Positions 36,571 through 50,500 of a stretch of 64,000 bases of DNA are shown one piece after another. The notes beneath the pieces were generated by a model, which saw only the letters and a program-made list of their open reading frames with translations, made no database searches and was not told where the DNA came from. The DNA is taken from assembly GCA_001643675.2 (NCBI GenBank), contig LSRY02000015.1:1736001-1800000 (forward strand). The letters run 5' to 3'. The translations under genes and the position numbers were made by a program. The first letter of the stretch is position 1. Each line of letters opens with the position of its first letter. The stretch comes from Monocercomonoides exilis PA203 (taxonomy: Eukaryota > Protista > Preaxostyla).

Positions 36571-36885
36571 AAAAACTTAAGGGTACACAAATTATATTTC
36601 TTATCCTTGACGAAATGATGTAGTTCTTTCCTACGAAACAATGAAACGTGAAAGTTCAAATTGATGATGTGATCAATCGAAAAATTTTATTATTGGGTAT
36701 TTCGAAGTGTTTTTGCGATAGCCAGGTGCATTGGAGCTATTGCTGCCTTGCATTTGTCATAAATACTTTATCTAATCACTTTTTGCTATTGTCAGTTTTA
36801 ATTTTTACAAATAAATTTCAAATAGTTTATAAAGCATATCATTATTTGAAAAAAAGAGTTTTTCAAAAGAATTGATTGTTGAAAA

Positions 36886-39800
36886 ATGAAATTACAAATT
36901 AAAATTTTAAACAGAGAAGGTACTTTCACTCTTTCATGCGAAAATGAGGAGACTGTAGATGAGTTAAAGAGGCGCATTTGCGAGAAGACTTCCATTCCAG
37001 TGGAACAACAACGACTTATCATGGACGGAAAAATATTGAGAGCTGGATCACTTCAATTGAATCATATCGAAGATGGCTCATTTATTCATGTTATCCAAAT
37101 TTCCGAAGAGGAACATCAGCCAGATCAACAATTTTCATCTGAAGCATTGTATCAAAATGAGAGGAATTTAAATGATGATGATCAGCAAGATCCAACAGGA
37201 TTTTTTGATGATATTATGAATATGCTCTTTTCAACAAGTTTTCTTCCTCAACAACCTTCACTTTCATCATTTTCTGTGATCTCCTCTCTTTCTGATAGTC
37301 CTCCGTCATCTGTTTTATCAAATGGCTCAACAAGGCATGGATCATCTGTAAGGTTAATTCATCAGCCTGCTCCTGTACAACATGAGCAGCCTTCTTCGTC
37401 CACGCAACGACGCAGAATTTTCCCGACCAATTCTCAAGCATCTAATAATAATTTATTTCATCCGCCAAACCGACCATCGACACAAGCGCAGGCGCCTACT
37501 CAATCTACGTTACACACCTCGCGTTTCTGGAGACGCCCGCGTGCCCCTGCTGAGCAAAGCAGAACAGCCAGCCAGGCACAAACATCCAGACGTCTGCCAC
37601 AGCCTGCGCACAGAGTGATGGTGAGAATCCAACAGCAGCCGATCCGCTCGTCGATGCTAATTCCTCTGCACTCCTTTTTGTCGCAGTATTCAAGTACCCC
37701 GTTTGAACATTCTTCTTTTCCCTCTCCCTCAGCAGCTTCAAACATCGCTTCTCCTTCTTCTTCTGCTTCTCCTTCTTCGTCTTCAACAACTACTGCTAAT
37801 CCATATGGAATGTCTCTGGGTATTCTTGAGCCTCATCCTTCCTCAAATGATGCTCCTCATCTGCCAAATGCGCAGCCTTCCGGCAGAAGCAGAAATTTGA
37901 ATGAGCCAACGCCACCAGCTTCGGCGCCTTTGGCAGAATCGACCGTGACAGCAGCATTCTCTCCGCTGCCTTCTCTTTCTGCACCGCCTTCGTCTTCTCC
38001 TTCATCGAGTCAATACAACACTTCAGCATCTTCTTCTTCTTCGCCTTCTTCTTCGCCTTCTTCTTCGCCTTCTTCCCCATCTTCTTCCTCCTCCTCCTCA
38101 TCTTCTTCTTCTTCTTTTCTGCTTACATCGCATCATTTCGCTAATACAGAGCAAGAACAACCAGAAACGGCTTCGGCTATCACTTCAGCCAATTTGCTGA
38201 TGCCGCCAAATGTTCCTTCGCCTATTTCTTCTGCTTTGCCTCAATCAGCTTCAGCCACTGCGAGCTTTGCCCATCCAACAAACGTTGCTTCATCTCAAGC
38301 TGTTCCTCTGGCATCTCCCGCAGAACAGCTACCAACACTTCATTCTGTTTCATCTTCGCCTTCTTCGACAGCTGCAAGCGGTACTGCCTCCACTTCACAG
38401 AATTCTTCACCACAGCCAGCGAAGGCTGAGTTGCCTGGCAATTCGACGGAACAGCCGCAGCAGTCTTCTTCTGATGACAGACAGACAGCAAAAGCAGACA
38501 GCCTATCAGCAGAACAATCACATTCAACAACAGCATCTTCATCATCATCAGCATCTTCTTCTTCTTCTTCTTCTTCTTCTTCTTCTTCTTCTTCTTCTTC
38601 TTCTTCTTCAACATCATTAACATCAACATCATCTGATGATGCTCATCTGAATGAAATGGATTCTCCAATGAGACACTTTCGTGACATGCACCATTCATTC
38701 TGGAATGCCGACCACGACGCTCGCCGTCTTCTGATAGAGGCGAGGATGAACAGGAACCGCCGCCGGCGCAGAAACTGCTTCGGTCTTTCGGAAGAGATGG
38801 AGCAGGACTCTGACGACGAGCACGGAAACACAAAGACAAAAGGGGAGGATGCGAAGGTTGCGTCACCGTCCAACAGAGAAAGAGGGCAGACGAGCAGCCT
38901 GCTGGATGAGGATGAAGATGGAGATGGGGCTGCAAGTAATGCACACAGCAGGAGAACAGAAGAAATCCCTTTCAGAAGAAGATTCAGCACTCATCTGCGC
39001 TCTCAGCCGCATCCGCAATCGCATCATACAAACAGAACTTCACCGCCGCTGTCGTTTTCTCGCCCAATTTCTCATTTGTATGATTCGCTTCACCGACTGC
39101 ATCAGAGCGAAAGGGGAAGCCGCCTGCTATCGTTCCGTTCTTTGCCACAAATGAGAAGGTCGAATGAAGATGACGATGGACGATTGATGGAAGAGGAGCA
39201 AGACAGAGATGACAAAGAAGGCAAAGAAGGCAAAGAAGGCAAAGATGAGGAGTTATCTGATGATTACTGGAACGACTATGATTTGGATGCGAGTGTGGCG
39301 AATGCGCTTGACGAAAGCTCGGACGACGAGCTTCCGCCAGACAGCAGCAGCCATCTACGTGGAGGTAGGTCATCACACCACATTCTGTCTATTCTTGACT
39401 ATCTGCTGGCAGAGCGGAAGGTTTCAGAGCAGCAGCAGGAGCAGATGCGGCAGTGCATTGTGCTTCTGAATCGGCAGCTGAGTGAAGTTGAGGCGGATCT
39501 GTTTGAAGAGCGGAGGCAGCGGCTGAAGATGGAGCACAGGCAGATGAGGCAGAAGAAGCAGCGGCAGGACGCAGTGCAGGCGCAGATAAAGAGTTCTCTG
39601 ATGCAGCTGGAGATGTCTGAGCAGAGGAGAAGGAGGGAAAGGCGGATGATGTTTGAGCGGAGGAAAAGATGGGCAAGGGAAGCGAGAGAAAGAAGATGGA
39701 TGGAAGACCGAAGGAGAAGAACGAAGGCTGTGAGGAAAAGCAGAGGTGGGCCAAGTGTGACGAGGAGGGTATCTTTGGATCCGTGGGAAGATGCATATGC

Positions 39801-40410
39801 AGACGAGGATGAAGATGAAGATGAAGATGATGAGAATGAGGATGAAGATGGTGCATTTGATAATTACAATGATTTCAACGATTTCAAAGTGTATGGTGAT
39901 AGCGACAGTGAAAGTGATAGTGACAGCGATGATGACGATGATTCCAGCAGTGAAGATGAAGATGACTCTGAAAGTCGGTTTGGGATGAGAACTCATCCAT
40001 TTTTCTTTAGCTCTTTTGATGACGATGACGATGATGATGATGATAATGATAACGACAACAATGTTGATAATGAGAATGGTGGCAATGAAGAGGAGAAGGA
40101 AGAACATAATGTTAGCAACGAGTCGAATGAAGATTCTGCATCAAGAGACTTTTCAGGCAGTTCCAGTCCTCGGAGCGAAAATAGTTTCAAAGACGAACAA
40201 AAAGAAATGAAAGAAAAGACAAACAAAGAAGAAGGAAACGACGACTCACAAGCTGATTCTGATCATCATAATGAAGAGGAAAAAATAGAGAGTGAACAAC
40301 AAGCAGCATCTTCCTCGTCCGATGCAGATGTCTCACTTGAGACAGAAGCAGAACAACAAGATGTGAATGCTCTTGAATCCAAAAGTTCAAATGAGACAAA
40401 TAATAAATGA
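36886..40410 (+). CDS. Protein with N-terminal ubiquitin-like domain, Ser/Pro-rich disordered region, coiled coil and acidic tail (1174 aa)
   Basis: MKLQIK...TVDELKRRICEKTSIPVEQQRLIMDGKIL....LQLNHIEDGSFIHVI is a ubiquitin-fold signature. No C-terminal GG after the domain. Single long ORF. Confidence 0.85.
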   Translation: MKLQIKILNREGTFTLSCENEETVDELKRRICEKTSIPVEQQRLIMDGKILRAGSLQLNHIEDGSFIHVIQISEEEHQPDQQFSSEALYQNERNLNDDDQQDPTGFFDDIMNMLFSTSFLPQQPSLSSFSVISSLSDSPPSSVLSNGSTRHGSSVRLIHQPAPVQHEQPSSSTQRRRIFPTNSQASNNNLFHPPNRPSTQAQAPTQSTLHTSRFWRRPRAPAEQSRTASQAQTSRRLPQPAHRVMVRIQQQPIRSSMLIPLHSFLSQYSSTPFEHSSFPSPSAASNIASPSSSASPSSSSTTTANPYGMSLGILEPHPSSNDAPHLPNAQPSGRSRNLNEPTPPASAPLAESTVTAAFSPLPSLSAPPSSSPSSSQYNTSASSSSSPSSSPSSSPSSPSSSSSSSSSSSSFLLTSHHFANTEQEQPETASAITSANLLMPPNVPSPISSALPQSASATASFAHPTNVASSQAVPLASPAEQLPTLHSVSSSPSSTAASGTASTSQNSSPQPAKAELPGNSTEQPQQSSSDDRQTAKADSLSAEQSHSTTASSSSSASSSSSSSSSSSSSSSSSSSTSLTSTSSDDAHLNEMDSPMRHFRDMHHSFWNADHDARRLLIEARMNRNRRRRRNCFGLSEEMEQDSDDEHGNTKTKGEDAKVASPSNRERGQTSSLLDEDEDGDGAASNAHSRRTEEIPFRRRFSTHLRSQPHPQSHHTNRTSPPLSFSRPISHLYDSLHRLHQSERGSRLLSFRSLPQMRRSNEDDDGRLMEEEQDRDDKEGKEGKEGKDEELSDDYWNDYDLDASVANALDESSDDELPPDSSSHLRGGRSSHHILSILDYLLAERKVSEQQQEQMRQCIVLLNRQLSEVEADLFEERRQRLKMEHRQMRQKKQRQDAVQAQIKSSLMQLEMSEQRRRRERRMMFERRKRWAREARERRWMEDRRRRTKAVRKSRGGPSVTRRVSLDPWEDAYADEDEDEDEDDENEDEDGAFDNYNDFNDFKVYGDSDSESDSDSDDDDDSSSEDEDDSESRFGMRTHPFFFSSFDDDDDDDDDNDNDNNVDNENGGNEEEKEEHNVSNESNEDSASRDFSGSSSPRSENSFKDEQKEMKEKTNKEEGNDDSQADSDHHNEEEKIESEQQAASSSSDADVSLETEAEQQDVNALESKSSNETNNK

Positions 40411-40783
40411 AGAATAGTCCGCTTTGTGTATTCAGTGCATCTCATATTCATTCACAATTCATTCTTTTCAAAAAAGTGAAAGAAAAAATATTTGTTGGCG
40501 ATTATTCTCACATCTTTTTAATATTTTTTTTTTCTGACTTTTAATAGAAGTAAATGTATCAGTTCACATTTCATCATTGTTTTTGGTCTTACAAAATGTG
40601 TTTTTTTATAAATTGGTTCATTGCGCATACATTTTTATCTTTAATTCTAAACAAATTCATTTCATGTTATTGTTTCAAGTATATAGCTCAAACTTCAAAA
40701 GACTTTTTTGTTGAAGAATATTTTTTAATATTGGAGATTGAAACACTAATTTTTTCCTGCATATGTCTATCCCTTAATTTTTT

Positions 40784-43700
40784 ATGTCTCATCTTCAAAA
40801 GCAAACAAATCTTCTTCTGCACCAAAAATGGCTTGATGAGAACCAAAAAGATGCGTCGCTTGCTTTTTGGAATCCTTACATATCATTGATGCAGAAAAAG
40901 TTTGTATGGTCACTTTTTTAATTAATAAATATATTTTTCAAAATTAGACCCTCTAATGCATTTGATCCAAAAGTCATCAACCAATTGCCTACACAAAATT
41001 CAATTGATCTAATTAATTCAATGAGAAGAATCATTAAATCAACTGATTTTTCAAGGAAGTATTTAATTTTCGTCTTTTTTGAAAAATTCTTAATGATTTG
41101 AATTTATCAACTTTTTAGTCCATTGGATAAGCTTGTCACTCAACCGATGAAAAATATACAAGTTACAGTTTCGGAAAAATCATCATCTGAAGCTTTTTCG
41201 AATTTTTCTGAAAAGAAAGATGGAGAAGCACCTAAAGTGACCCAATTTGAAAGGCAGAGACAAATAAAATTTGTAAATCCATCATTTCCAGTACATACTT
41301 TCTCAAATGCAAATGCTAGCTCTTGTGATTCGTCAGTCGATGGTCAAAGAGAATTTTCATCTGCAACGTCTTCATTTTCCAAAGCAAATGTTAATCAAGA
41401 TAATTCTCAATTTTTCAAAAAAAAGTTAACTGCACAAATGGAACAAACACAAAAAAAAGAAGTTGATTTTATTGATTTGGCTAGTAAACTTATCACATCA
41501 CTTGAAATTTTTATTGCTCAAGTGAAATATAAAGACGAACCTTCAAGGACTACGAATGCTACAAATACAAATGGAGCGCTAAAAGAAGAATTGAAATATT
41601 TTTTGTCAGTTCTTGAAAATGAAGCAGAAGAAAAATCCTCAACTTCATCTTCTTCTATCAACACTCCACTTACTCCAAAAAAGAAAGGAAGTCTTTTGCA
41701 GCGCCTCAGGCCGACCTCTCCGTCGATATTGCGAAGGCCATCGTCGCCCACAATATACAACAAAGAGAGCACATCAGCCGGTCTGCTATCTCCTCCAATT
41801 GCGATCACTTCATCTGCCAGCTCTTCCCCAGACATCCCTATGCCATCCAATCCTGACCCTTCGCAAGTTCTGTCGCAAAATCAATTATCCACTTCATCCT
41901 CACATTCGCCTTCATTTCCATATTCATCCTCGTCTTCTTCTTCATTCACTTCATCAAACTATCCTTCATCGTCTGCCACTTCATCCACATCATCATCGCT
42001 GTCATCGCTGTCATCTTCTTCACCATCCCCTTCTCCATTGCAATCATCTTCCATTTCATCCGCTTCACAGAACTCATTTCATTCATCTCATAATCCATCA
42101 CCTGATTTCACAGAAGAAGAGAGCAACTACAATCTTAGCCCAGACACGTCAACTTCTTCTTCTGCTCCTGCTTCTTCTTCGTATTCTTCATCTTATTCTT
42201 CTTATTCCTCTACATCTTCTTCATTTCAGCACTCATCAAGAACATCTCCTCAAAATGCGTCTTCGAACTTTGAATCTGAGCAGTCAAATGGAAGCACAAA
42301 CAGCTCATTCAGCAGAAATATGCAGTCGCCTGCATATTCCTTGTATTCATCCATGGCTGAAGCAGACACCAAATTTTCCTTCAAGTCTTCTCAAACACCT
42401 CAGTCAACATCCAATTATGCATCCTCTGGAAGCAGAAGCAATCAGTTTGGTGCACCAATCATGTCGTCTGAATTGGATGTGCAAGAAGAAGGAGGGTATT
42501 TTGACATCACGCAGGATTTGACAGGGGTGATGGGTGCTGTGGATGCAGAGCAAGGGATGTATGGAGAGTATGGAGGATTTGGTGGATATGGAGAAGGAAG
42601 AGGAAGAGGAAATTATTCTGGTGCTGGTGTGGGTGCTGGAGGAGGAAGTGGTGGAGGTGGTGGTTATGGAGAGAATTGGAGTGGAGGAGGAGGGGCAGGA
42701 GGAGGAGCAGGAAGGAGAGAAGGAAGCGATGGAATGAGTGGAAGTGGAGGAGAATATGGAGGAAGTGCGAACTATTCGTCTTCGTCTGATGAGCCTCCAG
42801 TTGACCAGCCTTCGTTTCCGTCGTATCCACCGCCACCTGAACTGAAGACAGCCACATTAGGCGCAGATGTGAAGTTGAAGCAGAACATCACAAAATACTC
42901 ACCAGAGAAGAAGTCACAGGCACAGGCACAGTCTCAGTCAGGCAGTGCTTCAACACTTGGCACTTCCTCGTCTCAGTCACGCCCTGCCTCTTCTCAGCAG
43001 CCCCCTCCACCTGAGAAGAGGTACCCTTGGACAGACGAGATGTACCGCCAGTTGCGGAGTGTGTTTGGCCACCGCTCTTTCAGACCCAACCAAGAGGCCA
43101 TTGTGAATGCAGCACTGTCGCAAAAGGATTGTTTCGTGCTGATGCCCACAGGAGGAGGCAAGTCACTGTGCTATCAGCTGCCAGCGGTGCTGATGGAAGG
43201 CGTGACGATTGTCGTGTCACCACTCATTTCTCTCATTCAGGACCAGGTTGAGCAGCTGGCTGCTCTGAATGTACCAGCTGCGTTTCTCAACTCCACACAA
43301 GATGCAGATGTCGTACACTCCATCATGTTTGAACTCGACCAGACACCTCCGCAGATCAAGTTGTTGTATGTGACGCCTGAGAAAGTGGTGCAGAGCTCCC
43401 TTTTCTTCCGCAAGCTGCGGTCGCTCAATGAAAAGGGGCTGCTTTCTCTGATTGTGATTGATGAGGCGCATTGTGTGTCACAGTGGGGGCACGACTTCCG
43501 ACCAGACTACACAAAACTCAGTGTCTTCAAAGGAGAGTTTCCGAATGTGCCGCTGATGGCGCTTACAGCCACTGCCTCGCCTGAAGTGCGAGACGACTGC
43601 TGCCGCAATTTGGGGCTGACGGTGACAGAAGTGTTTACGCAGTCGTTCAACAGGGCCAATCTGCATTATGAAGTGAGGAAGAAGCAGAAGGGCACGCTGG

Positions 43701-46700
43701 AGGAGATTGGGGTGATGATCAAGACGAAGTACAGAGAGCAAAGTGGCATTGTTTATTGCCTGTCTAAAAGGGAGTGTGAAGAGGTGGCTGATTATTTGCG
43801 GGTCAACCAGCATCTGAAGACTGGGTATTATCACTCGGCCATGTCGAAGGACGAGAGGCAGCGGGTGCAGCAGGAGTGGACGATGGGGGCGATTCAGGTG
43901 ATCTGTGCAACAATCGCATTTGGAATGGGGATCAACAAGCCTGATGTGCGGTTTGTGATCCACTATGCACTGCCGAAGTCGCTGGAAGGGTACTACCAGG
44001 AGAGTGGGAGGGCAGGGCGTGATGGAGCAGAGGCAGACTGCATTCTCTATTACTGGCCGAAGGACAAACAGAGGATCCATTGGCTGATATCACAGGGAGG
44101 GGCAGGGGGTGGGTATGGAGGAGAGCGGATAAGCATTGAAAAGGGGGCGTTTGATGTGAATCAGGTGGTGGCGTACTGTGAGAACATGTACACGTGTCGG
44201 AGGCAGATGCTGCTGTTCTATTTTGACGAGCAGTTTGACTCGGGGGAGTGCCATGGGACGTGTGACAACTGCAAACACAGAGGAGAATACATCTGGGAAG
44301 AGATCGACTACACTGAAGCAGCCAAGTCCATGCTCAAGATTGGTGTGCATTTGATGGATTGAATTTGTCTCATTGAATGATTAATTATTGTTTTCTCTTT
44401 GTGTAACTCTGATTTTCTTTCTATTTAACTGTTATTTCCTTTTATCTTCTCTTCTCTTTTTTATGTTGTACTTCTTTTAGCCAACTCTTCTTCCATTCGT
44501 TCGCTCACCGCTGTCCGTCTTGTTGAGCTTTTCCGAGGAGACGAAGCATCACTTTATGGCACATTTGGGAAGAAGAAAGGCAATTCTCGTCCGATGGCGA
44601 AGCCGAACGGCTTTGGCGAAGGAAAAAAGATGAAAAAAAAAGAAGCAGAGAAGTGTGTTCAGCTGATGGTGCTCAACCAATACCTGAGTGAAGACATCAA
44701 TGTCACAACAAAGGGCAATGTGCAGGTGATCTTGCATGTTGGTGCCTGTGCAGACGAGATTCTTTCAGGCAATGCGCGAATGTCGATGCGAGTGCCTGTG
44801 AAGAAGAGAGTGCTGAAAAATGCAGCTGGAAGCAGCGCAGCAGCAGACGTGAAGGAAAAAGGAGTGGCTGCAGATGGGAAAGGAGGAGATGAGCGGTTTG
44901 TGGAAGGAGAAGAGAGCGAAAGCGAAGACGACGAAAGAGACTCGAACTGGGAAGAGTGGGATGTGGACAAGACGGCCGTGCAGAAGCCCAAGCGAACAAC
45001 AAGAACACGCGCAAAGGAGAAGCAGCTGGCTGAGCAGAAGGAAAAGGATGAGCCGAAGCCAAAAGCCAAAGCAAAAGCCAAAGCGAAGGCAAAAGCGCAG
45101 AGTTTGATGGATAGATTGTCAGAGAGGACGAACATTGGAACGAAAAAGGGAACGGAAAAAGCAAAGAAAGAGAGCAAAGCAGAGGGAAGCACTGGAAGAG
45201 GTGCTTTGAAGCAGACGCGGATAGATCTCTATCAAAATGCAGGGCCAAAGCGAATGAAGACAGAAGAGATGACACAAATTGATCTGTTTGGAAGTCGAAC
45301 GCAAGCAGAGTCAGCTTCTGCACTTTCTTTGCTGAAGAGTAGCAGTAATGTTTATGTACAAGAAGATTCTTATCCATCTTCAAAGAGGCCAACAACAGAA
45401 GAAATGACACTCAGAGCTGTTGCCAGAGCAGCCAATGATGCGAACATATCGAGTCTGCACTTGAGTGACTTTGACTCATCCATCCCAGACATCGACGAAG
45501 CTGACTTCGGCTCAGTTGGCAGGGCAGCTTCGATGGAAGACGAGCATTCGAGTTTGAACAGGGCAGCCAGCAAGATGAATGGGCAAGAGAGACAAAACAG
45601 AAATGTGGGAGAGAATGAGGTGAAACGTGAGGGGAAACAGATGGCAAGCAGAAGTGATCGATATAACCAGATGATGTTTGATGACAAGTCAGGCAGATAT
45701 GACGAGGTCGTTGGAATGGACGAAGAAGAGAATGTGTCAGACTATTCAGCATTTGATAATCCTCATTCAAGATCTGACTCACCATATGCTTATGAAACTG
45801 AGGTGCCTGAGGACTATCTCGATTCTGTTGCAGTATCCGAAGAAAAAGAAGAGCAGGACGATGAAAAACAAGCTGAGAAGGAAGATTTGCTGGTTGGAAT
45901 GCAAACACAGCTGCCAGCAAGCCGTTCAGCTGATCAAGCAGCACTCAAACACCTTTCAAAAACTAATTCCTCCTCATCTTCATCATCTTCGTCAATTTCA
46001 AATGCAATGAATAAGCAGTCATCCATTTCAGACACATCCCGAAGCGCTTCCCCAGCTCCTGTGAATGCCAACAGAAGGACAGCTCTTTTGGAGGCGCTGA
46101 CGGCAACGTTGAAGGCGATGGCGCATTTGTCTTCTCTGGCGCCTCATCAGCTCTGCACTGCATCGCATTTAGAGGCGCTTGTGGACAGCAATGTTTCACA
46201 GAAGAGCGACTGGATTGAACTGGAAGGAGCAACAGAGGCGAAATGGAAGCTGTTTGGGGCTGTTTTGTGCGAGGTGTTCAAGGAAATGAAGGAGAAATGC
46301 GACAAATGCGAGGAAAAACACAAGAGAAAAGCAGAAGAGCAAAAAGAGAAAGCATCAAAGGAAGCAAAAGGTGACACTTTGCAGTCTGATTCTGACGATG
46401 AACCGACAAGTTCATCACCTGGAGCATCTTTGTTAAATCGCAAAATATCTCCGAGAGACTTGTTGAGGTCGAAATTCTCCGCGGCGTCGCTTCAGCAGCA
46501 AATGGAAGCAAAACATATGAAGACGAAGCACAGTCTGCTTCAGCCGCTTCTGTTTGGAGGAAGAAAGAGAGTTGACAGCGGACCATCTCTTGAAGAGTAC
46601 AGAAGATGCCTCTCGTCGCTGTGTCCGCCAGACAAAGAGCATCTGATTGAAATCAGGAAGAGTCTGGGGCTTGGTGAGTGGAACACCGCATACAACCCTC

Positions 46701-47305
46701 CGAAGCAGTCACTAAGAACAACACTTCAACAGACAATGAGATCAGATCAGCAGATGAAGTACCCTCAGACACGAATACAGAGCAGTGTGCCGTATCAGCC
46801 TTATCAGTCAAATCAGTCAAATCCGCATTATCAGCCTTTTCAACAGTTTCAATCTGCTCAGAAGGCACAGCCAACACAACCAGCACAGCCGGCACAGCAG
46901 TCGGTTGTGCAGAACACACCTTCACCAACACTTGTTCCTCCGTCATTTGGAGAAAGTATGAGCACTCCTCGTTCATTCAGAGCAAACTCTTCATTCACTC
47001 CCACAAAGAAGACACAGTCAACACCTGCTGTCAGAAAGGATGATGATGAAGATGATGTCGATGACTATGGGGATGATGATGATGATGACAATAACATTTC
47101 TCTGCTGTCAATAACACCTTCATCTGAGAAGGCTGATCGCTGTGGCCTTTCACCTCATAAAAATGGCAGCAGGCAGACTTCATTCACTTCACCTTCTCGC
47201 ACCACAAAACCTTCTTCCACTTCAAATATCTCTTTGCTGGCACGCTCAAATTTTGAGTCTCAGTATGATGACGCTGATTTTCTTTTTCAGTTAGAAGAAA
47301 ATTAA
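40784..47305 (+). CDS. SGS1/BLM: RecQ helicase, Sgs1/BLM type (helicase core, Zn-RQC, HRDC-like), multi-exon
   Basis: [62 protein letters not shown]...C..CDNC. Exon 1 [17 protein letters not shown] resembles the Sgs1 N-terminal NL..(E)HKWL motif. GT-AG introns at ~40900-40947, ~41059-41118 and ~44343-44480. Confidence 0.92.
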
Positions 47306-47535
47306 ATTTGAAAAAGAATTTAATATTTTATAAATGTTTATGTTATTGAAAGGATTTTTTTAAGTATTTATTATTTTTAGTTGTTTTTTGAAATATACAA
47401 TGTTTTATTTAACTTGTTTTATTTATCCGGAAAGTGAAATAATTTGATTAATGCATATAAATATGGATTAAGAACAAATTCATACAAATGACATTCTGCA
47501 ATAAACAAAAAATTAAGATTCCCATAATTCACTTC

Positions 47536-50500
47536 ATGAGTTTCTTCAAGAGAAGAAAAGATCCTCCAAAAGAACAGGAGCCACCGAAGGTTCAGCAAAA
47601 ACTAACTGAACCAAGGGATCCAGAGCTCGATAAGCAATTTGAGCAAGTGCTTGTATGAGTTTTCTTTTTTCTGTTATATCTTGTTATTGTTTTCGCAGGT
47701 GGAGCTTCTTTTTGCTGAGCCGAAAAGAAAGATTATGCAAGAAACTATGACCAATGATCAAAAGCGTACGCTTATTAAGCAAACTCAAAATCAAACAAAA
47801 ACGGAATCTCCAATTGTGTTAATCAGAAATGTTCGATCAGATCCAACTTCTAGCTCTATGGAGCGTCTTCATGTTGTTCTAAAACGAGAAGGTGCCACAT
47901 ATTTACAGCAATTTGTTGAAGCAGATGGCTTGCAGGCTCTTCTTGAAATTACCAATAGATTAACAAGACTTAAGGAGTTTGCTTATAATTTTTATTTGTT
48001 CATCATATGTTTTTGCAAAATGTTTTTCCTAGAAAAAATGTCGATGTCATGAGATGTCTTCAAAATTGCATATTATGCTTCAAGGTTCTTATGAATAATG
48101 CCGTGGGACTCAAAGAAGTTGTAAGATTTCCTGGAACATTTCGAGAATTAATTATGATATTAAACCCTCCAAAACAATTGTTTGAATTGCTTTGATTGAA
48201 TATGTTGCTTGAATTTTGTTATTGATTTGAATTTATAATTAAAGGAGCTTGTTACAATCATATTATGAAAGTGCATCTGTTGTTCTTGATTTGTTGAGTT
48301 GTCTGTGTGTTATGGATGATACAATGATTTATAATGCACCTAGGTGTGTAAGCAACTGAACTTCGACGATAAAATTAATGAAATTTTGGAATTATAAATT
48401 AACAAAAATACAAAATATTATATGTATTATTTTCATAAATAATTGTGATTCTGAATTTAATCCCACAGATATGTGATGGAAGCCATTGATTTCTTCCAGC
48501 ACACAGTCCGCGAAAAGACTCGATTCCAAACGTTGGTTGAGTTGTTCTCTGGGCCTCCTCGCAACGTTGTCCAACAGCTGCGTGCTGAAGGGAAAAGCGA
48601 TCTTCTTGTGCCTCCACCTCCTCCTCCACCAGCAAAGCCCAAACAGCCTGCAGCCAGCCCAACTTCTGCTCCGCCTGCTACAAAACCACCAACGCAGGGA
48701 CCTTCACAGCCTCAGTCACAGCCACAAGCTGCTGCACAGTCTGCTTCTGGACAGCTCCCTGCCACAAGTGAAGGTGTGACTGATTATTTGAATAAAATTT
48801 TATTATTGCTTTGAATATAATCTATTTGTTGTTATTGTTTTTTGTGTTGATGTAATCTTTCGATTTCTTTCTAGCAACAGGCAATTCTACTCTCAAAACA
48901 GTTTCATTCAACTTTCCTAAGCCGCCCAGCAAGCCTCCTCCAACAACGCCTGGTCCTCCTCACAGTGCACCTCCACAAGGACCTCCACCTGGACAGCCAG
49001 CATCTTCCTCTGCATCTGCTTCAGCCTCAGCAGATTCATCCAACAACAATGGATTGGATGCACAGGACATGGAGAATGGATGGACAGATGTGCAGCAGAG
49101 TTCAAATTGTATGCTTTGCTCAATTACAAATTTTGTTCATTTTTTGAATGGTGAATTCATTTTATATGTAATTATTACAATTACTTATGTGTTTATATCA
49201 TATTCATTATGATTTGTAACATTATTTCTATGCAATATTTCTCATTAACATATCTTCCCCTCTTTTTGAAAACAGCATCAGTATTTGTTGTGCCAGATGG
49301 CTTCCGATCACAAATTCTGAAGCTGATCAATGCGATTCTGCTGAGAACAGACCAGCTGCAGCAGAGAATGCAGATCAGACACGAGCTGAATGAGAACGGA
49401 TTCCAAGCAGTTCTTGATGTGTGCAAAATGGATTTTGCTATATTTTTATTTGAACATATTTTTATTTTTTCTTTGTTATTGTCAACAATGTAACATCAAT
49501 ATTTGTTGAATAATGGATATATAACATATTTCCCATTTAATAATATGCGAACACTAATATATACCATTATCGCTCCTCTTCCTCCATTTATATATATAGC
49601 AACTGGAAGCCAGCCAGCACGAGAACAGCAAAGATCTGAACAATCATCTTTCTGTCTATCTCGATGAAATGCGGCTGGACAAAGCAGAAGCAGAAGAGCA
49701 CTCACTTGTGTTTGGAGATGTGTTTGGCTCATCTGCTTCGTCTTCCCAGTCAGCCTCGTTCACATCTGCCCTTTCCTTCTACAACACACCTGGCTCTGCT
49801 TCTGCTTGGGGCGGCTCAGGTTCGTCAGGAGCAGCACCTGCACCTTCGCCGTTTGATCCAGAACAGACACTGAGGGCACTGCTGTTCAGACAGCGGACGA
49901 ATGAAGGATCAGCATCGAGATTGAACACGATGCTGCTGGCGCTGATGAAGCTGGATCCGCAGACGAAGATGCTTGTGCTGGCAGAGAAGAAGATCGTACA
50001 GTTTGTGGCGAGCATCGAGAAGGAGAAGAAGGAAGGAGAAGCCGAAAGCAAAGAGGCAGAGAAAGACAAAGACAAAGAAGCAGAGAAGACAGAAGGAGCT
50101 TCATCTGCATCTAGTTCAGCTGTGAGTGAAGGAGCAGGCGAAAAAAGCGGAGCGGCTGAAGGGAAAACGGAGAAGATGAGTGTGATGCAGTCGATGGAGC
50201 TGGAAGCGTCGTTTGAAGAGGAGAAGGCGAAGCTTGTGGAGAAGATGAAGGAGATGGAAGGGACAGCCACGCAAGCGCTGAAGGAGGTGAATGAGATGAA
50301 GTTTGTGATGAACGAGATTACGAAGACGCTCACAGCTGGCAGCACAGGCGAGCAAGGCGTGAGTGTGGTGGAGCAGATCAAGCAGCTGAAGACGAGAGAG
50401 ACAAAGGCAACACAGGAGAAGGAGAGTCTGGCAAAGGAGAACGCGAGGCTGCAGAGCGAGAAGGAGAAGGAAGTGAGCGAAGCACTGAAGAGAGAGAAGG

